64,000 nucleotides of DNA. It comes from an uncultured Methanoregulaceae archaeon. Its GTDB lineage: Archaea; Halobacteriota; Methanomicrobia; Methanomicrobiales; Methanospirillaceae. Position 1 is the first letter of the stretch. The number at the start of each line of letters is the position of its first letter. The DNA lies in NCBI GenBank assembly GCA_963717525.1, contig OY970343.1, positions 1,728,001-1,792,000 on the forward strand. The letters are read 5' to 3'. Made by a program: the position numbers and the translations under genes. Below are positions 20,895 to 32,087 of the stretch, in pieces. The notes beneath the pieces were generated by a model. The model did no database searches, was not told where the DNA came from, and saw nothing but the letters and a program-made list of their open reading frames with translations.

Positions 20895-23546
20895 ATGCAA
20901 AGAGGCCGGAAGAAAATTATTGCTTTGCTGTGCGTCCTTGCCACGGTTTTCCTTTGTATCGATATAAGTACAGCAGCCGGAACAGAAACCATCATTACCG
21001 CGGGGAACAGCAGCTGGTATCCCCAGCTGCCCAGGATTTCCAGTGACCGTATTGTCTGGCAGGAAGTTGACACTGCTACTGGCAACTACGGTGTTATCTT
21101 CCTGTACAATATCACTTCAGGAGTTGAGACCCAGGTGACCGATGCTTCCGGTTTTAAGACAAACCCTGCGATTGACGGGAACCTAGTTGCATTCACCGAC
21201 TGCGGGCCAGATCCATTTTGTAATTCCCCGTCTGCCATTTACGAATATAACATAGCATCGGGAACAACAACAAGGGTATCCTCGCTCTCAAATTACTTCG
21301 ATTTCTCCCAGGTGTCAAGCAGGTACCTGTCGTATGGATGAACAATGGCGGTGTAGGCAATTCCCAGATCTTTGTCAACGGAACAGTACCCGGGAACGGA
21401 AAGTCCGGTTTCACCTTCGGCAACATACCAAAATACTCCGGCCATTTATGGAAGCCTCGTCGCATGGCAGGAAAGCCGCTATGGGTCCCCGGATATCTTT
21501 CTCTATAACCTTACTGCCCACCAGGAAATTCAAATCACCAACAACACAGCATGGAATGAAGCAACCCCAGCAATCTATGGCAACCGGATCGTCTGGTGGG
21601 ACACCAGGAACGGGGACTATGAGATCTTTATCAACGGGACGACTCCGGGAGGGGAGTACAGTGTTTCGCCAGGCATGGGGGCGTACAACCCGGTGTCACC
21701 TGCAATCTCCGGCAGCTGGGTTGCCTGGTCACAAAATAATCCAACTACGCTGGGAAATTCAGATATTTTCGTGAACAATACCAGTTCGGCGCAGACCACC
21801 CCTGTTATCCTGAACCGGTTTAACCTTGGAGGAGATCTTTCTCCTTCTATCTCATATTCTCCGGCTCAGTCCTTGTACCGGATTGTCTGGAACGAACAGG
21901 TTACAGGAGGCAACAATGTCCATCTTTATACCAGCGGCACGGCCCAGACCTGCCCGGTGGCAAATTTCACAAACGATTTTGCCGGCGGGGGTACACCGAT
22001 CACGGTCCATTTCTCGGACAGCTCCAGCCAGGATTCTGCAATCAACCACTGGTACTGGGACTTCGGTGATGGGTCCACGTCAACCATTCAGAACCCGGCG
22101 CACACCTATTCTGCCAACGGTGGATATACCGTATCGCTCACAGTAAGCGACCCCTACTGCCGGAACACAACGACCATCACGAATGATATCATTGTGGGCG
22201 CGCCAGTTGCTGGTTTTACAGCATCTCCCCTCACTGCCGTTGTGAACGTCCCTGTTTCGTTCACCGATACATCTCTCGGAAGTCCAAGCCAGTGGAACTG
22301 GAGCTGGGGCGATGGGAACTGGACAAACGGAACCACACCGCTCCAGCAGAACCCGTCGTATACCTATTCATCACCCCGTGTGTACACGGTTGCACTGACG
22401 GTAACAAATTCCTGGGGAAGCACTACCATAACAAAGAACAATTACATTACCATCCTTGCCGGTACCAACGTTAACGCAAATACCGCTATCAACGGTATCA
22501 TTATCCAGAACCCGTTAGGCCAGCAGTTCCTAGTCTATAATTATACTACGCTTCCTCTCTGGACATTTAACCCGAACTCTTCGGTACTCGATTTCGAACC
22601 TCTGAGCAGCGGGTTTCACAACATCAGTATCACGACCTCCGACCCCGGGGGGTTCCACGTATTCCCCGTGAACACGACAATAGCCGGCACAATCAGCCAC
22701 GTCCACCTGCAGACAAATGAAATAATCCCCACCGGATTTTCTGCATCAACCGGAGGGCCGTTCAGCTCAGTGAATTATTCAATTGATCTATCATCCTACC
22801 CAATGAACGCAGCACTAAACACGCAGATATGGGAAGGGGCGACTGCATCAGACGCAATTAATTTTAACAATATCGCATCAGGAAGCCATTTTGCGGGAAC
22901 AAATGGTACCGCCTATACCACAAAGATCATCAAGACAAATTTCCCGATGGGGGGAACGGCCATCCTGCACATGAGCCTGAACGCCTCGTGGGTGGCTTCA
23001 AAACCGTTGGGAAGGAACGAGGTCTTTGTCGAGCGGATTGATGACAGCGGCGCGTACGGACAGGTGCTGGGAACTCATTTCCTGTACTATAATTCAACAA
23101 GCAACCTTGACTATTTCGAGGCAGATTCACCTAACGGGTTGTCAACGTTCGGCCTCTCGTTCCTTGAAGGAGCCGGCAACCTTTTCCAGCTTATCACTCT
23201 GACAGTGAGCAACCAGGTACAGAATCAGGTTCATTATGCTGGCAGTGGCAGCTGGAGCCAGCAAGGGAATGCTCCTGATACATACTCCCCCACAGCAGTT
23301 CAGACACAGGTCGTGCCTCAGGCGACGCAGTCTCCCTCCCAGACAGCGGCAGTACCCCCCAGTGCGCCCCCTAACGCCGGGGCATCACCTCCGGCACCTA
23401 CAGCAGTGAGCACAGATGTAGGAATCATCGGCTGGCTTGCAGAAACCTTCGGCGGACACATCTACCTTGTTGCAGCAGTAGCGATCGTTGTCGTTTCGCT
23501 GCTGTATATACGACAGCGAAGACGCCGGTTTGACCCCCTGGGGTAA
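20895..23546 (+). CDS. Cell-surface protein: beta-propeller repeats, two PKD domains, PGF-pre-PGF-like domain, C-term TM; compensating indels at about 21325 and 21390
   Basis: Signal peptide; PAIxGxxIVW..DIFLYN repeats; WYWDFGDG and WNWSWGDG; YFEADSPNGLSTFG; TM + RQRRRR. Confidence 0.85.
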
Positions 23547-23619
23547 AATTCACTTCGGGACCGGCGTTCACGGAGCCGGGCCGGCCCGCCCGAGCGGTCT
23601 CCCCACTGGGCCGGCAGGT

Positions 23620-23872
23620 TGGGGTCCTGGACCCGGATCTCGTACTCGTCGTTTGTAAACGATTTCATGGCCGGGACGATGAAGGCGGCCGTGGACATGC
23701 CAAAATAGGTCTGGCCCCGGGCTTTCCTTGCACCTTTGTCGAGGTTCGTGTCGACCATGGGCGGGATCAGCTCAAAAACTTTGACCGGGATACTTTCCAG
23801 CTGCTGTCGGAGTGCCAGACTGAACGTGTGGACGGCTGCCTTTGTAGCACAGTAGACCGGGAGCGGGGCCAT
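23620..23872 (-). pseudogene. C-terminal fragment of a short-chain dehydrogenase (DltE-like)
   Basis: PVYCATKAAVHTFSLALRQQL..VKVFELIPPMVDTNL; Rossmann N-terminus absent. Confidence 0.75.
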
Positions 23873-23953
23873 CGGGTGGAGGGGCCGGGCTGCATGCAAG
23901 AATTTATACCATACCTCACCAGCAATCCGGATCATGGACAGTGGTGACAGACC

Positions 23954-25096
23954 ATGCTTTACAGGACCATGAAAAAAGCCGATCCCAAACTCTCGATCCT
24001 CGGGTTCGGGTGCATGCGGCTCCCGGTGACGGCAGACGGGCTGATTGACGAGAAACTGGCGACCGAAATGATCAGGTACGCGATAGACCATGGCGTGAAT
24101 TATATCGATACCGCATATCCCTACCATAATGGTGCAAGTGAACCTTTCGTCGGGCAGGCACTTTCCGGGGGATACCGTGAAAAGGTAAACCTCGCGACCA
24201 AGCTCCCGAGCTGGCTGGTCACATCCCGCGAAGACATGGACAAATACCTCAATGAGCAGCTCACCCGGCTCAGGACCGACCATATCGATTTCTACCTCGT
24301 ACACGGGCTCAATGACCCGTTCTGGAAGAACCTCTCGGCACTTAAGGTCACGGAGTTTCTCGACGATGCAATTGCAGACGGCAGGATCCGGTACGCCGGT
24401 TTCTCGTTCCATGATAACACGGCGCTCTTTAAGGAGATCGTTGATAGCTACGACTGGACCTTTGCCCAGATGCAGTACAACTTCATGGACGAGCAGTACC
24501 AGGCTGGCACGGAGGGGCTGAGATATGCGGCAAAAAAAGGGTTGGGAATCGTCGTCATGGAGCCGGTCCGCGGCGGACTGCTGGCGCGGGATCTCAAGGG
24601 GGTCGCGGAGATCTGGCAGACGGCAGAAACCCGCCATGATCCCGCTGAATGGGCACTCCGCTGGGTCTGGAACCACCCGGAGGTGACCGTCGTCCTCTCC
24701 GGCATGTCAACGATGGAGCAGGTCAGGCAGAACGTGGCCCTCGCAAAAACTGGGGTACCCGACTCGCTTTCCAAAAAAGAGATCGCACTGTTTGGGAAAG
24801 TTAAAAAAGAACTGAAAAAGCGGATCATTATCCCCTGCACCGGCTGCAGGTACTGCGTGCCCTGCCCGAACGGGGTGAGCATCCCGGAGTGCTTCGAGAT
24901 GTTCAACCGCGGGCACATTTACGAGGACGAGGAGGATGCACGGCAGCATTATACGATGTTCCTCGGCGGTTTCTTCGATGGCATACCCCATTACGCCTCC
25001 TGCTGCCAGGAGTGCGGGGAGTGCGAGGAGAAGTGCCCCCAGGCTCTCCCGATCCGCGAAAACCTCAAAAAAGTGGCGGACTATTTCGGGAAATAA
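23954..25096 (+). CDS. Aldo/keto reductase with C-terminal 4Fe-4S dicluster domain
   Basis: LGFGCMRLP, YIDTAYPYH, LATKLP; CTGCRYCVPCP and CQECGECEEKCP. Confidence 0.93.
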   Translation: MLYRTMKKADPKLSILGFGCMRLPVTADGLIDEKLATEMIRYAIDHGVNYIDTAYPYHNGASEPFVGQALSGGYREKVNLATKLPSWLVTSREDMDKYLNEQLTRLRTDHIDFYLVHGLNDPFWKNLSALKVTEFLDDAIADGRIRYAGFSFHDNTALFKEIVDSYDWTFAQMQYNFMDEQYQAGTEGLRYAAKKGLGIVVMEPVRGGLLARDLKGVAEIWQTAETRHDPAEWALRWVWNHPEVTVVLSGMSTMEQVRQNVALAKTGVPDSLSKKEIALFGKVKKELKKRIIIPCTGCRYCVPCPNGVSIPECFEMFNRGHIYEDEEDARQHYTMFLGGFFDGIPHYASCCQECGECEEKCPQALPIRENLKKVADYFGK

Positions 25097-25175
25097 AAAG
25101 ATCGAATAGGACAGCCGTCCGGCGTAAGTAAAACTGCTAGATTCAGGAGAAGAAAAAGATTCGAATGCGGGATCA

Positions 25176-26153
25176 TCAGGACAGATCCCCGGGTTTCCCG
25201 GCGGATGGAACGCTCTCCCCGACAAGCCGGATGAGATTCTCCCGCCCTTTTTTTATTTTCTGGATGATCCCCCGCTGGTGGAGATCATTGAGCGTGGAAC
25301 TAACCGTGGATTTGGGCAAGCCCAGTTCTTTGACGATCTCGGACTGGAACCGCTCGCCGCCATGTGCCTTGAGCAGCCGGGTGACCTTTTCTTCGAGTGT
25401 GGCGAGGTCTGCCTCGGAGAGGGCGGGCGATGGCTCCTCAGGTTCCCCGGGCTCACCCTCTGGCACGGGCAGCTGTCTCCTCTTCCGGTAAACCATAAAC
25501 CCGGCTGTGGTGATAATGGCAACGACAATAACGATGACAAGCGGCAGTACCGGCAATGATGGTCCCGCAAGAACAACCTGCGGTTCCCCGGGGTCAAATG
25601 TCCGCTGGCCGTACCAGACAAGGCTGGTGCCCGATTGCTGGTCGGGAGCCGGGTCTGCGGACGTAACCGTATAGCCGTTCGGGTACCGGACGATCAGCGT
25701 CGAATCTTCGTCAAGGTACAGGCCGCCGGCAAATGCATCACCGGCGGTAAGACCCCCGTCGGGAACGGAGAAGTTCGTCCATGTAAACGTGTACGTCACC
25801 ACGCCGAATTCCCCGGTGGGGGACATCTGGGTGACGGCGTTCCCGGAAAAATTGTCCACCGACATCGGCCGGGACGTACCGGAGGCTGCCTGTGCGGCGG
25901 AATTCTGCATCAGGGCCTCAAACTGCGGAAGATAGACAGAACTGATATCAGCCGAGTAGTTCTGGAAATTTGCAAGATCGTCATTGGTGACAAGCGGGGT
26001 ACGGTACTCCACGGACCAGAGCGCCGCACCGTCCGGCTGCAGGTTGATCGTGTAGGTGGTGGCGTACCCCGGGGTGGATGCAGCCCCCGCAAGCGGCATG
26101 ATGCAGAGCAGAAGAAGGCCGATGATTAACACGTACCATTTTACCGTATCCAT
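25176..26153 (-). CDS. Membrane-tethered transcription regulator (extracellular domain, TM, cytoplasmic wHTH)
   Basis: Signal peptide, acidic beta-rich ectodomain, TM + YRKRR, C-term GERFQSEIVKELGLPKSTVSSTLNDL..GRENLIRL. Confidence 0.85.
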   Translation of the reverse strand: MDTVKWYVLIIGLLLLCIMPLAGAASTPGYATTYTINLQPDGAALWSVEYRTPLVTNDDLANFQNYSADISSVYLPQFEALMQNSAAQAASGTSRPMSVDNFSGNAVTQMSPTGEFGVVTYTFTWTNFSVPDGGLTAGDAFAGGLYLDEDSTLIVRYPNGYTVTSADPAPDQQSGTSLVWYGQRTFDPGEPQVVLAGPSLPVLPLVIVIVVAIITTAGFMVYRKRRQLPVPEGEPGEPEEPSPALSEADLATLEEKVTRLLKAHGGERFQSEIVKELGLPKSTVSSTLNDLHQRGIIQKIKKGRENLIRLVGESVPSAGKPGDLS

Positions 26154-26243
26154 GATGCACCCGTTTGTTGATCGTTATCCTGTACCCTATAAAAAATACG
26201 CAGCCGGTGATGAGTACCGGTGTGCGGATCCAGAATGGAAGCC

Positions 26244-27299
26244 TTACTGGTTATGGAACCGGGTATCCCGGTAGCTGTTCCCGTTGGGATACCCATTATT
26301 ATTGGCATTGCCGCTGTCGTTTCCGTTGCTGTTCCCGTACCTGTTCCCCTGCCCGTTGGATGGGTACTGGCCATGGTCCGGGTTTTCCTGGACATCCTGC
26401 CGGTGCTGGTCCTGCCAGGACTGGTTTACCTGCCCGGGATACTGCCCGTTCCCCGTGTTCGCGCCGTTGTTCTGCGTCTGGTTCCATGTCTGGTTCCATA
26501 CTCCCTGAACAAACCTGTCCGGTACAGTGCCGGTCTGGTTCCAGGAATATGCCGGGACGCTCCGGTTCTGTGCGGCGGCATTCATTAACTGCGGCTGAAA
26601 CACCAACCTGTTCTCCGCATCACGGTGGAGATCGAACTGCAACCGGGTCTTGTCCTCAAACCTCTGCTCCAAGTCCAAGCTGTTGTTGTATGCCCGGGCG
26701 AGGCCCGGGTTCCCGGGGTGAGTGGAGAGGAGGTTTTCAAGGACGTTCTGGTGCACGAGGATCATCTGTTGTGCATGGATAAGGCCTGTGTCCGTGGTTG
26801 CCGGAGTGTATCCGGTCCCGTTGAACCTGTCAGTGTACCCGGTGCCGGTATAATTCCCGCCGGACCATGGCGTGTAATTGGCACCGGTATAGTTTGCGCT
26901 AAACATTGGCAGGGAGCCGGTATCATTCAGCTGCGAAAGGGTCTGTTGGGTCTGGTTCATATCCTGCCAGGTACCTGGTCCAGTGCCCGGTCAGCCGCAT
27001 CGGTCTGGTTTGCGGCCAGCGCACTTTCCAGTTCGGCAATACGGTTGTCAGAGTGGTCGATCTCTTTTTCAAGCCTCTCGGTCTGGTTAAAAGTGAAGGA
27101 GTCATCAAGATTCTCAAATGCAAGTTTGAGGCCGTAGAGTGAGCTGTTCCGGGCCGATAGGTCCGTTATATGGCTGGATATCGTTTGCGTACTGCATTCC
27201 CGGAATGCTCGTATTGTCTGCTGCTGCAGGCCCGATGGCGCAGAGCAGCCCCAGCGCCACCAGCGCGAGAAGCACGCCAATTTTTGTATTCATCATCAT
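26244..27299 (-). CDS. DUF5667-like secreted protein with N/Q/G-rich tail; two apparent indels (about 27150 and 26972)
   Basis: Signal peptide, GPIGP.SSLYGLKLAFENLDDSFTFN..ERLEK....NRIAE; three ORF pieces join colinearly. Confidence 0.75.
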
Positions 27300-27637
27300 T
27301 TTCCCCTTTTCCGGCGTGAGCCGTTTTAACTGATTGTTCCCGCCCGGCTCACATAAGGGTCGTTACCGTCCAGATAAATTCCGGTCGTCCCTGCGGTTGA
27401 GTTTTACCGTGCAATCGTTCCGGACCGTCCCGTCTGCCAATCGGAGCGGTTTTTACGCGGAGAAAAATCCGGCGATTTTAATGACCGATTCTGTTTTCGA
27501 CCGAAGCCGGATCGACCGAGCGCGCGAAAAAAAGTCGGGAGGGGCGCCACATGAACCGGCTGGTCCGCAGGTCCCGGGTACATCTGGGTCCCGGCTAAAT
27601 CCATTACCTTTGCGGGATAATGAGAAACCGGCATTTC

Positions 27638-28395
27638 ATGAAAACCGAACGCTTCACCACCCAGTATCCGTACCTCAGTGCCAGACCGGTTTCCTCGTGA
27701 TCGTTGTGTGCGTGGTCCTTGGAATCGGCGCAATCAACGAAGTCTTCCTGATGGGAAGTCTCGTGCAGGTAGCAGTCGTCGATTCTGTCCTTGCCCTCAC
27801 CGGGATCTTCCTTGTTTCGCGTCTTGGCTGGTGGGAAAAGGCTGGTTACACGACGGGGATCCAGTGGGCAGACGTTCCCCTCTTTATTCTTCCCGGGGTA
27901 GTGGCCCTGCTCTCGCTCTCCGGGGGCTCCCAGGTAACCGCACCGGTCACCATCCTCGCGTTTGCTGCCCTGACCCTTGTGGTCGGGTTTGCGGAGGAGA
28001 CGTATTTCCGCGGACTGATCCTCACCTCGCTTCTCCCGACCGGTGTGATCCGTGCGGCGATGGTCAGCTCCTTTTTATTTGCTGCACCTCACCTGCTCAA
28101 CAGTCTCGGCGGTACATGGGACCCGGCATTCACGGTTGTTGACACCATCGCCGCGTTCGGTCTTGGCCTCACCTTTGCCGCACTCCGCATAAGGGCGGGA
28201 AGCATCTGGCCCCTTGTTGGCATTCACGCCCTCTTTGATTTTACCTCGCTCGTTGCGCTCGGGGGAGTCGAGGTGCATGCGCAGTCCTCCGAGGTCCTGC
28301 TCTCATCGGTGATCGTCGGCATGGCCTTTGTGGCGTACGGCCTGTTCCTGCTCCGGGGCGTGAAGAACAATGTGCCGGAACAACCGGCTTCCTGA
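27638..28395 (+). CDS. CPBP/Abi-family intramembrane glutamic endopeptidase (start uncertain)
   Basis: EETYFRG, FAAPH, HALFD motifs; ATG 27638 is out of frame with the body, so an indel near 27675 is possible. Confidence 0.82.
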
Positions 28396-28467
28396 ATGGG
28401 GAAAGCCGGAAGTGGGCAGTTGGTTTCAGGAACAGTCCTCCATTAAGGGCATAAAAAGACCTGCGTT

Positions 28468-29833
28468 TTACCGTTTTTTCCCGAGCAGCGAGAGGAAGAG
28501 GGCCTGCGCTATGATGGTTCGTTCCAGGTCGCCGAGATCCACACTTTCGTTTGTACCGTGGATGCGCGAACCTGATGCGTCCTCGGCCCCCCACAGGACA
28601 AATTCAGCATGCGGTACAGCGTCGTGAAGCGTACGCAGCAGGGGAATCGAGCCTCCGGTTCCTTTTTCAAGGACCGGCTGGCCAAAGGCGGTTGCCAGTG
28701 CGCTTTTTGCCGCTGTATACCCGGGACCACCGGTCGGGCAGGAAAAACCCGGTGAATGGCCCACTTCCCTCACCTCAACGTGGGCGTTCCACGGTGCAGC
28801 GGCACGGAGGTGATCCATCAGGACCAGAAGCTCATGCCCCGCATCCGCATCAGGGGCGATACGCATACTGATTTTTGCGGCGGCCCGGGGAATCAGGATG
28901 TTTGCAGCCGTTTTTAGAGAAGGGGCGTCGATCCCGATAACGGTCACGGACGGCCGGGACCACAAGCGGTCGCCGAGCGGGCCGGTGCCGATGAGATCAA
29001 CGCCATCAAGCACCCCCGCACTCTCCCGGTATCTGTTGACGGGATACTCACCATCCCCCGGGGCATCCGACCGGAGACCCTGCACGGCAACATTGCCCCG
29101 GGCATCGTGAAGCGTGGCAAGGATCCTGATCAGGGCAACCAGTGCATCGGGTGCGGCACCCCCGAACATGCCCGAGTGCACCGCGTGGTCGAGAGTCGAA
29201 ACCTCGACGATACAGGACGCCTCCCCCCGCAGGGTGGTCGTAAGTGCCGGTTCGTCCACGGAGAGGTTGCCATTATCGGCGATGATGATCGCATCACACG
29301 AAAAGAGGTCCGGGCGTGCAGCGACGAGCTCTTCGATGTGGCTGGTCGTCTCCTCCTCGCCCTCGATAAGTACCTTTCACCCCCACAGGGGGTTTTCCTT
29401 CGAAGATCCGGAGGGATGCGGCGATAAGAAGGATTCCCGATTTGTCATCGGCGCTTCCACGGCCGTAGAGACGCCCGATCTTCTCTACCGGCTCCCAGGG
29501 ATGTGTCTCCCACCCGTCCTCTTTTTGTGCCGGCTGGACATCGTAATGGGCATACATCAGGACGGTCGGCTTGCCGGGCGGGGCCGGGATCTCGCCGTAC
29601 ACCGCAGGGTATCCTCCCGGGATCTCGATATGGTGGGCATCAGGAATCCCATACTCCCTGAGCACCGCGACCGTGGCATCCGCCATTGCAAGGACCGGTT
29701 TCTTTGGGTAGCCGGGGAAGGCTACGGACGGGTACCGGATAAGACTTTTGAGATCCTGCACAACGCCGGGCATCAGGGCCCGGGTCTTTGAGAGGATCTC
29801 TTCGAACGTGAGCTCACCGGCTATAGTTCTCAC
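28468..29833 (-). CDS. M20-family metallo-dipeptidase; 1-nt insertion near 29374
   Basis: YAHYDVQP, GRGSADDKSG, (IEGEEE in shifted frame), HSGMFGG, GGSIP, IHGTNES. Confidence 0.9.
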
Positions 29834-30460
29834 CCCATAACTTCATGGGTATAACGCCGGTTCCTCTCTCATCCTGATAGGTTATAGGACTTGCGCAACG
29901 GCATTTGGCTCGACAGAGGGCCACAATATCTGGATCCGTTCCCACGATGTATGGCCATCTGTGAATCGGTGCCGGATATCTTTTTTACTCAGGAGCCGGT
30001 CACCACAAACGGGGCGCAGGAAAACATGCCGGTCACCGGCTTCCCTTTGCGTCCACCGCACCGGTGCAAACCAGGAGAAGGATACGGACGTACACCTCAC
30101 GCTCGTGAGTGGTGGGCGGGCATCGGGGATCGCACAGGGCAATCTCCACCTGCCGGACAACATCACCGAGATTGGTCATGGGAGGGGGAGTCTCCTGCCT
30201 TGAGTGGCGTTATTTCGTTGAGGCGATTCAGGCACGATCATCAGGTCAACCGGGCTTGGGTATATATTGCCAAAATGGTCCGGGTTCGAGGATGGAACCG
30301 GGAAGTTAGCTGAAGAGATCCCAAAACCTTTCAAAAAGTCCGGGTGGGTTAAAAATCCCCATTCACCACATGAGGGAATACAGGTTCTCGCGGATCCTGG
30401 CAGCCCCGAACTGCTCACGACGTGCCTCTTTATCTGGTATTCCAGAGATAACCACTACGT

Positions 30461-31672
30461 ATGAAATGGCCCCCGTGGTTGAACAACACGGTCCTTGGGG
30501 CCGGCCTTGCAAGTTTTTTTGGGGATCTTGGCTATGAGACCGTCACCGTGCTCCTTCCCTCGTTTTTGATCATCCTCGGCGCACCGGTGTACGCCCTTGG
30601 GGTCATCGAAGGGCTGAGTGATGGTGCATCCAGTTTCGTGAAACTGTTCTCAGGGTACTTTGCGGACAAATTTGGCAGGCGCCGCGAGTTTGCCCTTGCC
30701 GGGTCCATCGCCACCGCGATCTTTCCCGCGTTTATCGCTGCAGCTGCCTCGTGGCTGGTTGTCCTCGCGGGCAGGATTACCGGCTGGATCGGCAAAGGAA
30801 TCCGTGCGCCGGCCCGGGATGCAATCATTGCCAACTCTGTCGAGAAAAAAGATCTCGGCAAGGCATTCGGGTTCCACCGGGCCGGCGATACGCTGGGGGC
30901 GATTGCCGGCCCCGCGATCGCGCTGGTGTTGGTCTCAACGGTCGCGATCCGGACGATCTTCTGGTTAGCCGTGATCCCGGGATGCCTGGCATTTATCACT
31001 CTCTGGCTGTTTTTAAAAGAGAGGAATCCTGCGCCGCAGGATCATCCCCGGGAACTGATTCCTTCGCTCCGCGGCCTGCCGTCGCGGTTCAAGGCGTTTC
31101 TTGCTGCCGTGCTGGTTTTTGGGATCGCGGATTTCTCCCAGACACTCCTCATCGCGTTTGTGATCGTCGCACTCACCCCATCGCTGGGATTTGTGGTGGC
31201 GACAGCGGCGGGTGCAGGCCTGTACCTCATCCGCAACATCGTCTACGCGGCAGCGTCTTACCCTCTCGGCTGGATGGGTGACCGCATCGGCCGGCGTCCG
31301 GTGCTCGTTTTCGGCTATGCCATTGCGGCTGTGACGTTCATCGGCTTTGTCCTTGCACCGCCAGATATTATTGCCTATGGGGTCCTGTTCGCGATGTGCG
31401 GCTTCTTCATTGCGGCGGAGGATGCGCTCGAAGCGGCACTCTCGGGGGAGATGGTGGGGGAAGCGTCCCGCGGGCTCGGCTATGGAGCGCTTGCAGCCAT
31501 GAACGGAGTAGGGGATCTGGTGTCGAGCGTCATGATCGGCTTTGTCTGGACGTTTATCGGATACAGCGCAGGGTTCATGATAGCAGCGGTAATAGCGGCG
31601 GCGGGGACTATCCTTCTTATCTGGACAACACGGGCGGTAAAACCGGGACGAGTTACCGGATCCGGAGTGTAA
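30461..31672 (+). CDS. MFS transporter
   Basis: 12 TM; GYFADKFGRR, GKGIRAPARDA, GWMGDRIGRR. Confidence 0.92.
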   Translation: MKWPPWLNNTVLGAGLASFFGDLGYETVTVLLPSFLIILGAPVYALGVIEGLSDGASSFVKLFSGYFADKFGRRREFALAGSIATAIFPAFIAAAASWLVVLAGRITGWIGKGIRAPARDAIIANSVEKKDLGKAFGFHRAGDTLGAIAGPAIALVLVSTVAIRTIFWLAVIPGCLAFITLWLFLKERNPAPQDHPRELIPSLRGLPSRFKAFLAAVLVFGIADFSQTLLIAFVIVALTPSLGFVVATAAGAGLYLIRNIVYAAASYPLGWMGDRIGRRPVLVFGYAIAAVTFIGFVLAPPDIIAYGVLFAMCGFFIAAEDALEAALSGEMVGEASRGLGYGALAAMNGVGDLVSSVMIGFVWTFIGYSAGFMIAAVIAAAGTILLIWTTRAVKPGRVTGSGV

Positions 31673-31723
31673 AACCCTGTCGCTGGCGTAGGGAAAGAAC
31701 CTCCTCGTTTTTTTCCGGTTACC

Positions 31724-31932
31724 TCAGAAGAGATGAATTTTTTCCGGCAATGGGCGGACAGATCCGGGACTGTTAACCAGGACAGCATACGGCTGTGCAA
31801 CTTTGACCTCAGAGAATGCGTTCCCGGCGCATTTTGCCTTCGCACAGACTGCATATCCAGAGAAATTAATCGCTCTTTGATGATCTGCCGGAGTACCGTA
31901 TCATCTTCGAGGATGAGGATCTTTTTATCCAT
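31724..31932 (-). pseudogene. Degenerate response-regulator receiver fragment
   Basis: MDKKILILEDD...ISL then, in a shifted frame, GYAVCAKA..GNAFSEVKVAQPYAVLVN; phospho-acceptor Asp appears as Asn; truncated. Confidence 0.6.
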
Positions 31933-32087
31933 CTTCTGTTTTTACCTATCACTTTTCGTTATAAAATAATTCGATCACCTGTGCCAAAGGTGTGCGGCAC
32001 TTCCTGCGGAATAAGACAGTGGCATGAACAGGAGGGGGATTCCCGGGATGTCAGCGATAAAAAAGGATAGGATATAAGGGTAAAATT

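Noticed and set aside
21339..21356. Selenocysteine or pyrrolysine readthrough joining the in-frame ORFs 20895-21341 and 21372-23546
   Set aside because: Two stops (TGA and TAG) intervene, and the expected repeat sequence VVWMNNGGVGNSQIFVNG lies in another frame, so compensating indels explain it better
27360..27520. Periodic ACCG/CGGT repeats as a wHTH binding array
   Set aside because: Spacing is irregular and such words are common in this GC-rich sequence
29880..30460. Overlapping short ORFs or an ncRNA between the M20 peptidase and MFS genes
   Set aside because: No family motifs, convincing starts or clear secondary structure seen
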